Shown one piece after another: positions 28,847 to 36,410 of a stretch of DNA of 43,795 nt (its first letter is position 1; each line of letters starts with the position of its first letter). The position numbers were made by a program, and so were the translations under genes. This DNA comes from Dehalococcoidia bacterium. Its GTDB lineage: Bacteria > Chloroflexota > Dehalococcoidia > Dehalococcoidales > JAUVZA01. The DNA is taken from positions 1 through 43,795 of the forward strand of contig JAUVZA010000003.1 in NCBI GenBank assembly GCA_030602805.1, in the 5' to 3' direction. The notes below the pieces were generated by a model that had not been told where the DNA came from, did no database searches, and saw only the letters and a list, made by a program, of their open reading frames with translations.

Positions 28847-29183
28847 ACACGACATCTACTGGGAACCTAAAAAGAGCCCGTATAATTTTGAAAAATATGA
28901 TAGTAGACTTGAATCTTGGATGATGGAGAAACTCGATGATGACCCTACAGTGGTAAAATGGATGAAGAGACATGGGATTAGCATCCCCTGGATTGATGTG
29001 CAGAAACATCAACGCCGCTATGTGCCTGATTTCATTGTTGAATATATTGACGGTAACAAATCAATTCTCGAAGTAAAAGACCCTAGTAGAGTAGATTCTG
29101 ATGAAGTGAAGCGGAAGAGGAAAGCTGCTGAGATGTGGTGTAAAAAACGGGGAATGTCATATGTTGTTGCCACAGTGGAGTAA
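28833..29183 (+). CDS. TnsA-N-like PD-(D/E)XK endonuclease
   Basis: YDSRLE...RYVPDFIVEY...ILEVK; overlaps the helicase stop. Confidence 0.8.
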   Translation: MPISKHDIYWEPKKSPYNFEKYDSRLESWMMEKLDDDPTVVKWMKRHGISIPWIDVQKHQRRYVPDFIVEYIDGNKSILEVKDPSRVDSDEVKRKRKAAEMWCKKRGMSYVVATVE

Positions 29184-29300
29184 GAAACTTTAGATATACA
29201 GCTACTGCACATTCTAGCGATTTGTGCAGCAGTGAACCTGAGAACCCTTGCCTGGGGTGGGGCAGCGTTGGACTTCTCCTGTGAATACTGTTGGAAGCTG

Positions 29301-29915
29301 TTAGGGCTCCAATGCTTCGAAGAGAGTATGTCCCCTTAGGCTATTATAAAGTGCGCTGACTTCCTTGTTGATGGTTCTATTCTCCTTATCCAGTGCTTTC
29401 TTTTGTCCGTAGAGCCACAGATATTTGTCGAGGTCCTCCCAGGGTACGGAAGCAAGTCCTACCTGATCGCGGAATGCCTTGATAGCCTCAAAAAACTTCG
29501 TGTAGCTAGGAAAACTGAATCCGCGCTTTTGTAGCTGTGCCATAGCAGCCACAGCAAATGAGTCGAATATGGGGAAAGCAGTCTTATTATGAAAGTGAGC
29601 ATATTTACTGGCGAAGGAAATATAATAATGGTCATCCTTAGCTATGAGTTCAACTGCTTCTACTTCCCCTGCCATTAGTTGTGCATCAAGCCTGTGTAAC
29701 GCCAGTATATGCCTCGCCATTCGTAACGGCTCTCTGATACCGGCAAAATAAAGGCTGTTTACCAGAACCACCTTAGTAACCACACTGTACTCTTTCATGT
29801 TGTCTGGGTGGTCTTGGAGATAGGAGGCTATGACCTCATTTGCCAGCTTCCAGCCACCAAGCCTTTCATAGAGTTGTTTTGCCGCCTTGATGTTTCGTAG
29901 CCCGGGTGGTGTCAT
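29301..29915 (-). CDS. hypothetical protein, possible HhH/OGG-like glycosylase fold
   Basis: SFASKYAHFHN..FPIFDS and LDKYLW motifs; ATGA overlap with the upstream gene. Confidence 0.55.
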   Translation of the reverse strand: MTPPGLRNIKAAKQLYERLGGWKLANEVIASYLQDHPDNMKEYSVVTKVVLVNSLYFAGIREPLRMARHILALHRLDAQLMAGEVEAVELIAKDDHYYISFASKYAHFHNKTAFPIFDSFAVAAMAQLQKRGFSFPSYTKFFEAIKAFRDQVGLASVPWEDLDKYLWLYGQKKALDKENRTINKEVSALYNSLRGHTLFEALEP

Positions 29916-30967
29916 TGACTCTCTCTCCTTCCTTGTTGAAAGAGTTCCCTAACAGGTTTACCTCTGCTTACCTCCTTCCAGCCGTACCGTGTCCTGAGGT
30001 AGTCTATCCACTCCCAGTTGTTGGCCTCTACCCGCTGTGCGATGATATCAAGTAGGTCCTCGACTGAGATGCTCATAAACTTGTCTTTGGGCACCAGCTC
30101 TTTCCAGATTTCGAGCACACCTTTGTTGGGGAACATCTGGTCCAACTTAGGTGAAGTTACCCGCTCTCTGAATTCCTTATTAGCCTCGGGACAGATATAA
30201 AGCACACTCACCACATCAGCTCCCATCTCCTGACCATATTCCATTTCTTGGGCAAGCAATTGAAGGCGCATGAGTTGATAGAACGGATCAAAGAATAGGG
30301 CATCATAAAAATCTACGTCCCGTCGCTTGAAGACCCCGCCCTCCCTGTTGAAAGCCTGCTGATAGTTATGTTTCCTGACCTCAATGCCCTTATCTAATCT
30401 GCGATATTCTTCCGTATATTTCCATTCTCCAAGGACTATTTGTATTTTCCCATCCTTTCTTCTAAACCGGAAGATAAAGTCAGCACTGGTAAAATTTGCT
30501 CCCCGAGTTCGTTTTGATCCTTTGCGCCTGGTTTCGCCCAGATAGTCGCGAACACCAATCCACTCGAAAGCCAAATACTGAAATGAACCATTCGGAGGAG
30601 GTTTATCTTCATCGATTAGAAGCGGCTCTGCCAGACTCCGATAGAAATGTTGGAAGACATTAGCAAGTATCTTTGAGCTGGTTGTCATTGGGTATAGGAA
30701 ATTTATACAGCATGACTGAGAACAGCATAGGTGATTACTGGGTACGTGCCGTTCTTTGAGACCATCGTGCCAAGTGATATTTCGAGCCCTAAAGTACTCA
30801 ATTGCAGATGCCCTGATGGCTTCGTAAAGATTTTCGCTAGAACAGTCATCAGCAAGACAAAAGGAGTGGGGCCGCCCACGATAGTTACCTTCGCCTTGGG
30901 CTGCAGGGCTAAACAGCTTCGGCTTAAGCTTCTTGTATCTCTCCTTTTCTCTATCTCTAAAGGTCAT
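29912..30967 (-). CDS. PGN_0703-like putative restriction endonuclease
   Basis: HLCCSQSCCINF, RGANFTSAD, GEWKYTE, YQLMR motifs. Confidence 0.7.
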   Translation of the reverse strand: MTFRDREKERYKKLKPKLFSPAAQGEGNYRGRPHSFCLADDCSSENLYEAIRASAIEYFRARNITWHDGLKERHVPSNHLCCSQSCCINFLYPMTTSSKILANVFQHFYRSLAEPLLIDEDKPPPNGSFQYLAFEWIGVRDYLGETRRKGSKRTRGANFTSADFIFRFRRKDGKIQIVLGEWKYTEEYRRLDKGIEVRKHNYQQAFNREGGVFKRRDVDFYDALFFDPFYQLMRLQLLAQEMEYGQEMGADVVSVLYICPEANKEFRERVTSPKLDQMFPNKGVLEIWKELVPKDKFMSISVEDLLDIIAQRVEANNWEWIDYLRTRYGWKEVSRGKPVRELFQQGRRESQ

Positions 30968-30985
30968 AGGTAATCTCTTTCTCCC

Positions 30986-31016
30986 TGACCCTCAGGGTGT
31001 CGCAGATCAAATCCTC
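30986..31016 (-). repeat. conserved site C
   Basis: - strand GAGGATTTGATCTGCGACACCCTGAGGGTCA, 18 bp upstream of the 30967 start. Confidence 0.75.
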
Positions 31017-31140
31017 AATCAATAGCTAAAAGCCACCTTGGGGGGATTCGTACCCCCTACCTTTAGACTGCCAGTAATTAAGGCTAAAACCGAGGCAAAA
31101 CGGGAAGCAACCATGCTCCTTTCTTGTTACTTCCTACTGT

Positions 31141-31452
31141 CTACCTTAGCCTAGCACGGCGAATTATCTCCTCTATTGGCTCACGGACATTAGCCCACCA
31201 TTTGCGGTATACCCACAAGTGGTCGTAGCAAGCATAGCGCCTTTGGCATTGTGGGCATAAAGGGGAATCGCCATATCGCAGCGTCCCTGCTGCTTCAGCT
31301 CCTCTTAGAATTTCCCATCTCTTTCCTCTACGGCTCAAGATTACCCACCTTTCCTTTGCTTTTACCCTTAGGGCCTCTCGGCTTAACCTTCCACTAGGCT
31401 AAGCGTAAAGCTCCAGTATCTTTGACCAGAATGAATATCTAGGGGCTTTCAT
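31141..31452 (-). pseudogene. small basic Cys-containing ORF; possibly extended to ATG 31452 with an in-frame TAG
   Basis: Track ORF 31141-31338 (CPQC...C..H) is in frame with MKAPRYSFWSKILELYA*PSGR...; TAG at 31399-31401. Confidence 0.4.
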
Positions 31453-31454
31453 GT

Positions 31455-31490
31455 GGTGCCCTCAGGGTGTCCGCTTCATGTTTAATCCTC
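31455..31490 (-). repeat. conserved site D
   Basis: - strand GAGGATTAAACATGAAGCGGACACCCTGAGGGCACC. Confidence 0.7.
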
Positions 31491-31501
31491 ATAAGCAACC
31501 G

Positions 31502-31723
31502 TTAACAATTGCAGACAGTCTTGGTAATGTCACCCGACACTTTAGCTACTCTAATCAGGCGGTATCCAGCCTCCTGATCCTTGGGGCTAGAGCTGAACGT
31601 GGCCACACAGCCAAGGAAGCCGAGTAGCATTGTTACACCGATTAGTGCCGAGCATGCAACAGCACGTAGCTGTGAGACGGGCTGCCCGACAGGAATACCG
31701 ATTAGCTTTTCAGTATCCTCCAT
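31502..31723 (-). CDS. small membrane protein
   Basis: GGAGGAGG RBS; one hydrophobic helix. Confidence 0.55.
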   Translation of the reverse strand: MEDTEKLIGIPVGQPVSQLRAVACSALIGVTMLLGFLGCVATFSSSPKDQEAGYRLIRVAKVSGDITKTVCNC

Positions 31724-31759
31724 TTTGCCCTCCTCCCCCCTTTTTTTGGTGCTTAATCT

Positions 31760-32062
31760 CTAAAGATACCCGAGCTCATGTAGAGCTCGAGCCACTCCTT
31801 TAATATCCGGCATCACATAGAATGTTTGTTTGCTCGTCTGTGCTACCTTTCTCAAGATGCCGTATTCCTCATCAAGCATCCTCAAGTTAGGGAACCAACC
31901 AACCTCTTGCCTCTTGTACACCTAGGAACCAGCAAATCTATTGCCCCCATGACTCTTAGCTTCCTCATAGCAGCCTCTTACTACCTTGAGCCAGTCTACC
32001 TTAATGATACCCCTTGATCTGGGGTGTTCTCGCGCTAGTCTCATTACGCCTTCATAGCTCAT
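31760..32062 (-). pseudogene. ~100-aa hypothetical gene interrupted by TAG
   Basis: MSYEGVMRLAREHP...NRFAGS*VYKRQEVGWFPNLRML...YVMPDIKGVARALHELGYL*; TAG at 31922-31924; AGGTGG RBS. Confidence 0.65.
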
Positions 32063-32078
32063 AGTCGCCACCTACAGT

Positions 32079-32122
32079 CTTGTGCCCCCAGGGTGTCGCA
32101 TATCTAATTCTCCCTTATGTCC
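32079..32122 (-). repeat. conserved site B (full length, includes the core shared with site A)
   Basis: - strand GGACATAAGGGAGAATTAGATATGCGACACCCTGGGGGCACAAG. Confidence 0.8.
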
Positions 32123-32552
32123 TCTTCCAGTCTGGACAAGCGTCTTGCCCGTGCCTGTGAGGAGGAAACAGACAGCTTGCCCTGTCACTAAAGCCCAATC
32201 GCTTGCCTTGCTTTCTCTGTCCCTCAATGGGCAGACGCCTTGCCCTGCTAGAGAGGAGCGGGAGAACCGCCTAGTTTATACGCTTTAGATTTTTAATTTA
32301 TAGCTAAATTCCATTATAACACTTTTATTAAAAAAGTAACTACTTCTTATTCTTTTCTAAAGGGTCTTTTGTAAAGCATACTTATTGTAGCAGATATGAG
32401 TTTTTGAGTAAATCATAATTCTACTAGCACCTTAACAACTGAATATAACTCAAAGCCAAAGCTGGAACGCTTGCCTAGTCTAGGGGCAAATAAAATGCCC
32501 TAGCCAGTGTTAGCTAACTAGGGCAAATCTAACAAAGCGAGGTATCCCGACA

Positions 32553-33023
32553 ATGCTAGACTGGAGCAAGTATATCACCATAGCCGATAAACTACAACAC
32601 AAGGCAATATGGCAAGATAGACAAGACCTCAATCATACCATTATAGCAAGCCTTGCCGACGCTCAAATAAGGCTAGACAATGATGGTGGCGGGCAATTAT
32701 CCGACATAGCTATGCTACGGATAGGCTCTTATGAGTGCCAGAAGTATTGGCGACAGCAAAAGAGGTTACTAACTATCTTGAGCCTCAATACCGACATAGA
32801 CGACGGAGACGGTAACACTACCGAGCTAATAGACACCATAGCCGACGACAAGGCAATTGACCTTGACGCTTGGCTAGACAACAAAACCTTTTTACTCGGT
32901 TGCCCAATGAGGCTAATCCAGATAGCCAATAAGGCAAGGCTAGGCAAGCCACTAACTAACAAAGAGCGTCAATACTTGTGGTATTGGCGTAAAAAAGAGC
33001 AAAAAAGGCTAGAGTTATCCTAA
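32553..33023 (+). CDS. sigma-factor-like hypothetical protein
   Basis: DRQDL, SLNTDIDDGDG..ELIDTIAD (sigma region 3-like), C-terminal LTNKERQ; GAGG RBS. Confidence 0.55.
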   Translation: MLDWSKYITIADKLQHKAIWQDRQDLNHTIIASLADAQIRLDNDGGGQLSDIAMLRIGSYECQKYWRQQKRLLTILSLNTDIDDGDGNTTELIDTIADDKAIDLDAWLDNKTFLLGCPMRLIQIANKARLGKPLTNKERQYLWYWRKKEQKRLELS

Positions 33024-33152
33024 CAAAACACCCCTCTCAATGCCCAGTAAGTAGTGGAAGCACCGATTAAGCTAGCGGGTAGCAGTTAGTCGGTAGCTTA
33101 CTACTAGGCACTTGGTAGTCTTGCCCACTACCGAGCAAGCCTAAAAAGGGGG

Positions 33153-34325
33153 TTGTTTTTGGAACAACTGAATATCGTGGGCAAGCGTTCAGGCGAGGGC
33201 TTTGTCGCCCATAAAGCTATGCTGGTTGTTGCTCTATTAAGGGCAATAGCCGATAGGGTGATTATAATGGACATCACTCTAGGGCGTAGTGAACTACTCG
33301 GATACCTACGGGCTTTAGGGGGTAGCAATATAGTCAAGGTTATCCCCGACGCTAGTGCTAGCGGGTCGCAGACTAACGGACATAAGAGGCTAAAGGTTAT
33401 CTGTGGTAGCAATACCAGTTATCTAGGCGACCTTGATTGGATTGGCGAAAAAACGCCTCTTACCCTTTGCGATGTTAGGGTAAGCCCTAATAACTCCGTC
33501 AAGCCCAATATCGGAGCTAGTGAGTTGGCTGACGCACTAAACAGAGTGTTACCCTTTACCGCTAAAGACGACGCAAGACCTATACTCCAATGCGTCAATT
33601 TTATAGCGAAAGAGGGGAAGCTCACTCTAGTTAGTGCTGATGGTTTTAGGCTAGCAACGATTAGCCTTGACTTTGACGACGGAGAGGGGCAAGCCCTGAT
33701 AAACGCAGGTGAGCTTCGGGGCGTAGCCAATGCCCTACGGAGAGCAAAGAGGGCTAGGGTTAGTTTTGAGCCTAGCGGAGAAAGCCTTGACGGGATGAAG
33801 CTGGTTATAGACACCGAGCTAATCCGCTATAAGTGGGTTAGCGTTCAGGGTGATTATCCCGACTATGGCAAGCTAATCCCTACCGAGTTTAATTGCCTTG
33901 CCTCTTTTGATACTGTAGAGGCAATCAAGGCGGTCAATTCACTCAAGGCTATAGCCGACGCAAAAGCCTATCCGATAGACTTGACCATAGGCGACGGTAA
34001 AATGGTGATGGCTAATCCCGACGATAAGGGGCAAGCCGAGCTAGTAGCCGATACCGATGGCGAGGGCAAGATAAGGCTGGAAGGTCAATACCTTGCTCAA
34101 GCTCTCAAGGCTTGCGGTGGTATGGTCGAGTTTAAGCTCGCCAATTCCTATAGCCCGACACTCTTTAGTGTCAATGGTTATCAACTGGTAGTAATGCCAA
34201 TGCTAATTGACTACTCTAAAGAGCAAGAAAGAGCCGATAGCGAGGCAAAGGCTAAAGCCGAGCCAGTAGCCGAGCCAGTAGCCGAGAAAACGACAAAGCG
34301 TAGCCGTAAAGCGGTTACTACCTAA
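33153..34325 (+). CDS. DNA polymerase III beta-clamp-like protein
   Basis: DDARPILQCV, LVSADGFRLA, GDYPDYGKLIP, LVVMPM clamp motifs; divergent N-terminus; AEPV repeats at the C-terminus. Confidence 0.8.
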   Translation: MFLEQLNIVGKRSGEGFVAHKAMLVVALLRAIADRVIIMDITLGRSELLGYLRALGGSNIVKVIPDASASGSQTNGHKRLKVICGSNTSYLGDLDWIGEKTPLTLCDVRVSPNNSVKPNIGASELADALNRVLPFTAKDDARPILQCVNFIAKEGKLTLVSADGFRLATISLDFDDGEGQALINAGELRGVANALRRAKRARVSFEPSGESLDGMKLVIDTELIRYKWVSVQGDYPDYGKLIPTEFNCLASFDTVEAIKAVNSLKAIADAKAYPIDLTIGDGKMVMANPDDKGQAELVADTDGEGKIRLEGQYLAQALKACGGMVEFKLANSYSPTLFSVNGYQLVVMPMLIDYSKEQERADSEAKAKAEPVAEPVAEKTTKRSRKAVTT

Positions 34326-34361
34326 AAAGAACGCTTGACACACAAAAACAAACAGCCACGC

Positions 34362-34398
34362 AAGAGAGCGGGGGTCAGCCCCGCTTTTTTGCTTTTTT
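34362..34398 (+). terminator. Rho-independent terminator
   Basis: AGCGGGG-GTCAG-CCCCGCT followed by T-tracts. Confidence 0.65.
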
Positions 34399-34464
34399 GA
34401 GGGGTATTCTCCCCAGTAGCGTGGGAAGGATACCCCTCTTTTTGTGGCTGGAAAGGGGGGTAGT

Positions 34465-34653
34465 ATGTCCGATAAAGTGCTAGACGAGCTAGCCGAGTGG
34501 ATAGACCCTAGAGCGATAGCGGAAGCTATACTTAGAGAGCTAGAGAGCCAAGAGGTAGAGCAGACCGTCCCCAATGGGATGAAGGTATGGCTTGACTTTC
34601 TGGGGACGGAGCTTCCCGAAGGACTTCGCTCTAGCATAAAGGCTATCTTCTAA
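34465..34653 (+). CDS. small hypothetical protein
   Basis: AAGGGGGG RBS before ATG 34465; acidic and helical. Confidence 0.6.
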   Translation: MSDKVLDELAEWIDPRAIAEAILRELESQEVEQTVPNGMKVWLDFLGTELPEGLRSSIKAIF

Positions 34654-34689
34654 CAGCAAAAAACGAATAGCCTACTAGGCCAAGTGGGA

Positions 34690-34730
34690 AGGGGGTCGGG
34701 AAAACCTAGATTACCGACCCCCTCTTTTTG
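34690..34730 (+). terminator. Rho-independent terminator
   Basis: AGGGGGTCGG...CCGACCCCCT plus T-tract; stem similar to 36373-36410. Confidence 0.65.
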
Positions 34731-34754
34731 TCAAAATCAGCTAGGAAGGGAGAA

Positions 34755-34895
34755 ATGGAAATAGTCTATAAGGGTAAAAACACCAGAAAGTGCCACTGGC
34801 TCTGTATGGATTGTCTGAAAGGACACAACCACCGGTGCTCTCCGAAGTGTCCTGATTACCTCTCCATAGCCAAAGTTAAAAGACAGAGCAAATAG
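34755..34895 (+). CDS. 46-aa Cys/His-rich (zinc-finger-like) protein
   Basis: Manual translation MEIVYKGKNTRKCHWLCMDCLKGHNHRCSPKCPDYLSIAKVKRQSK; GGGAG RBS; below the track length cutoff. Confidence 0.6.
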   Translation: MEIVYKGKNTRKCHWLCMDCLKGHNHRCSPKCPDYLSIAKVKRQSK

Positions 34896-34948
34896 CCAGC
34901 TTGGGGAAAATTGAAAGGGCTAACTATGCCCAGAAAGGAGGTGAAACT

Positions 34949-35242
34949 ATGCCTATCAAGTGGAGCGCGGTCAAGGTGAGTGAGGCTATGGATGAAGTGG
35001 AGAACCAGGTTATCTTGGCAGACCAGTTTATCGCCGAAGCCAAAGTTAAAGCAGAGGCGGCCAAGAAGATACCAAACCTCCCGCAGTACATAGAGCAACG
35101 CTTCAACCGTCTCATTGACCAGCTCAACCGTATGGACTACATCAAGGGAGCTATCGAGTCGGTCCACAAGGATATTCCTGATGGGGCAATAGAGGACGAG
35201 CGCGAGAGCACCAAGCACGGTAGCACACAGTCGCTAATGTAA
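34949..35242 (+). CDS. hypothetical helical protein
   Basis: AAGGAGGT RBS before ATG 34949. Confidence 0.75.
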   Translation: MPIKWSAVKVSEAMDEVENQVILADQFIAEAKVKAEAAKKIPNLPQYIEQRFNRLIDQLNRMDYIKGAIESVHKDIPDGAIEDERESTKHGSTQSLM

Positions 35243-35311
35243 AGTGTCGCAAAGTGGCTCACTTTGAAAGGGTAGCTATGCCCAAAAATCAGGAGAAAGG
35301 AGGTGATAGAG

Positions 35312-35791
35312 ATGAAAACAATGAGCTTATTTGAAGAGGCAGACATTGAGGTGCGAGAGCCAGACCCGATGACCACCGTCCAGGTAGGTAGCAGGGTAGC
35401 CCAAATCCCGCTCCGCAAGAGACGGCGGGAGGCCTGTAACAAGCTAATGGAGATACTCCAAGAGCTTGAGGGAAAGGATATCCACATCGGCTCGTATAAC
35501 GCTGGCGGCCGCCACTACTGGGTTGGTAACCTGAAACTCCCTAGGCTCAAGCTAGACTGGTATCCCCCGGCTAAATACAGCAAGGCCTATATCCCCTCTG
35601 CTATTGTCCTCTGGGGGAGCAGGTCAGCTCAGGTCAGGATATTCACAAACTACCTGGTAGCTGTCCGAGAGCAAGAGTATATGGGCTACACCCACTGGCT
35701 TCTGGACTTCCGTAACGGCTTCTGGGAGCACCCGATAGATAGCTACTACTCCCATTATGCCTGTCTAACGATAACCAAGTTTAAGGACTAA
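35312..35791 (+). CDS. hypothetical protein
   Basis: AAGGAGGT RBS before ATG 35312. Confidence 0.75.
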   Translation: MKTMSLFEEADIEVREPDPMTTVQVGSRVAQIPLRKRRREACNKLMEILQELEGKDIHIGSYNAGGRHYWVGNLKLPRLKLDWYPPAKYSKAYIPSAIVLWGSRSAQVRIFTNYLVAVREQEYMGYTHWLLDFRNGFWEHPIDSYYSHYACLTITKFKD

Positions 35792-35845
35792 GCAAAATAA
35801 TGCCCGGTCCGAAAGGGGTAACTATGCCCAGAAAGGAGGTAATAA

Positions 35846-36349
35846 TTGAATACGCCAAAGACAGTTGAGAAAGGCATCTCCGAGATAGTAGGTGCCCTTA
35901 CGGATCCTATCCTTGTCTTTCCTGGGGGCTGGGGAGACACCCTCCCCGAGTGGCTAAAGTCTGTTATTACTCTGGAGAGGCTTGTGATGAATATGAGGAC
36001 ACTCAAAGGAGAATTGCCTACAGGAACGGATGCCGAGGCCTGTGCTTATCTCAACACAGCCTCATTTACTCAGCCGATGGGCCATGACTGGACTCAAATC
36101 TACCTCTATATCGCCACCAAGGTTTATGAGAAGTGGCGCACCAAGGAGTCAGGGGTCACAATGCCAGGGGATATCCGGGTGGAATCGCTTAATGATGAGC
36201 AGATGAGAGACCTCAATAGGCTCAAGGCATGGCTCTACAAAAAGCGAACTACAGTGAGGTTAGAGAGAGAGCAAACTGAGAGGCGGTAGAAAAAGGAAGA
36301 GGAGGCAACCAGGAGAAAAGAGGAGCAGCCAGTACTATTTGACTTCTAG
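35846..36349 (+). CDS. hypothetical protein, probably truncated by premature TAG at 36287-36289
   Basis: AAGGAGGT RBS; frame continues RR*KKEEEATRRKEEQPVLFDF* to 36349, just before a terminator. Confidence 0.7.
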
Positions 36350-36372
36350 TATATTACTAGGAGTATATGACT

Positions 36373-36410
36373 AAGGGGTCGGGGGTTCGAATCCTCCGAC
36401 CCCTTTTTTG
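36373..36410 (+). terminator. Rho-independent terminator with tRNA T-loop-like loop
   Basis: AAGGGGTCGGGGG-TTCGAAT-CCTCCGACCCCTT followed by T-tract. Confidence 0.7.

Noticed and set aside
28833-29183. Tn7-like transposon suggested by the TnsA-like gene
   Set aside because: No tnsB, tnsC or tniQ and no Tn7 ends; the gene is coupled to the Res helicase.
31025-31100. tRNA gene on the - strand
   Set aside because: Only a T-arm-like hairpin; no convincing D arm, anticodon arm or acceptor stem.
15722-36349. Wholesale TAG reassignment (genetic code 15) in the element
   Set aside because: Several of the same ORFs end at TAG in sensible places and the long genes have no internal TAG.
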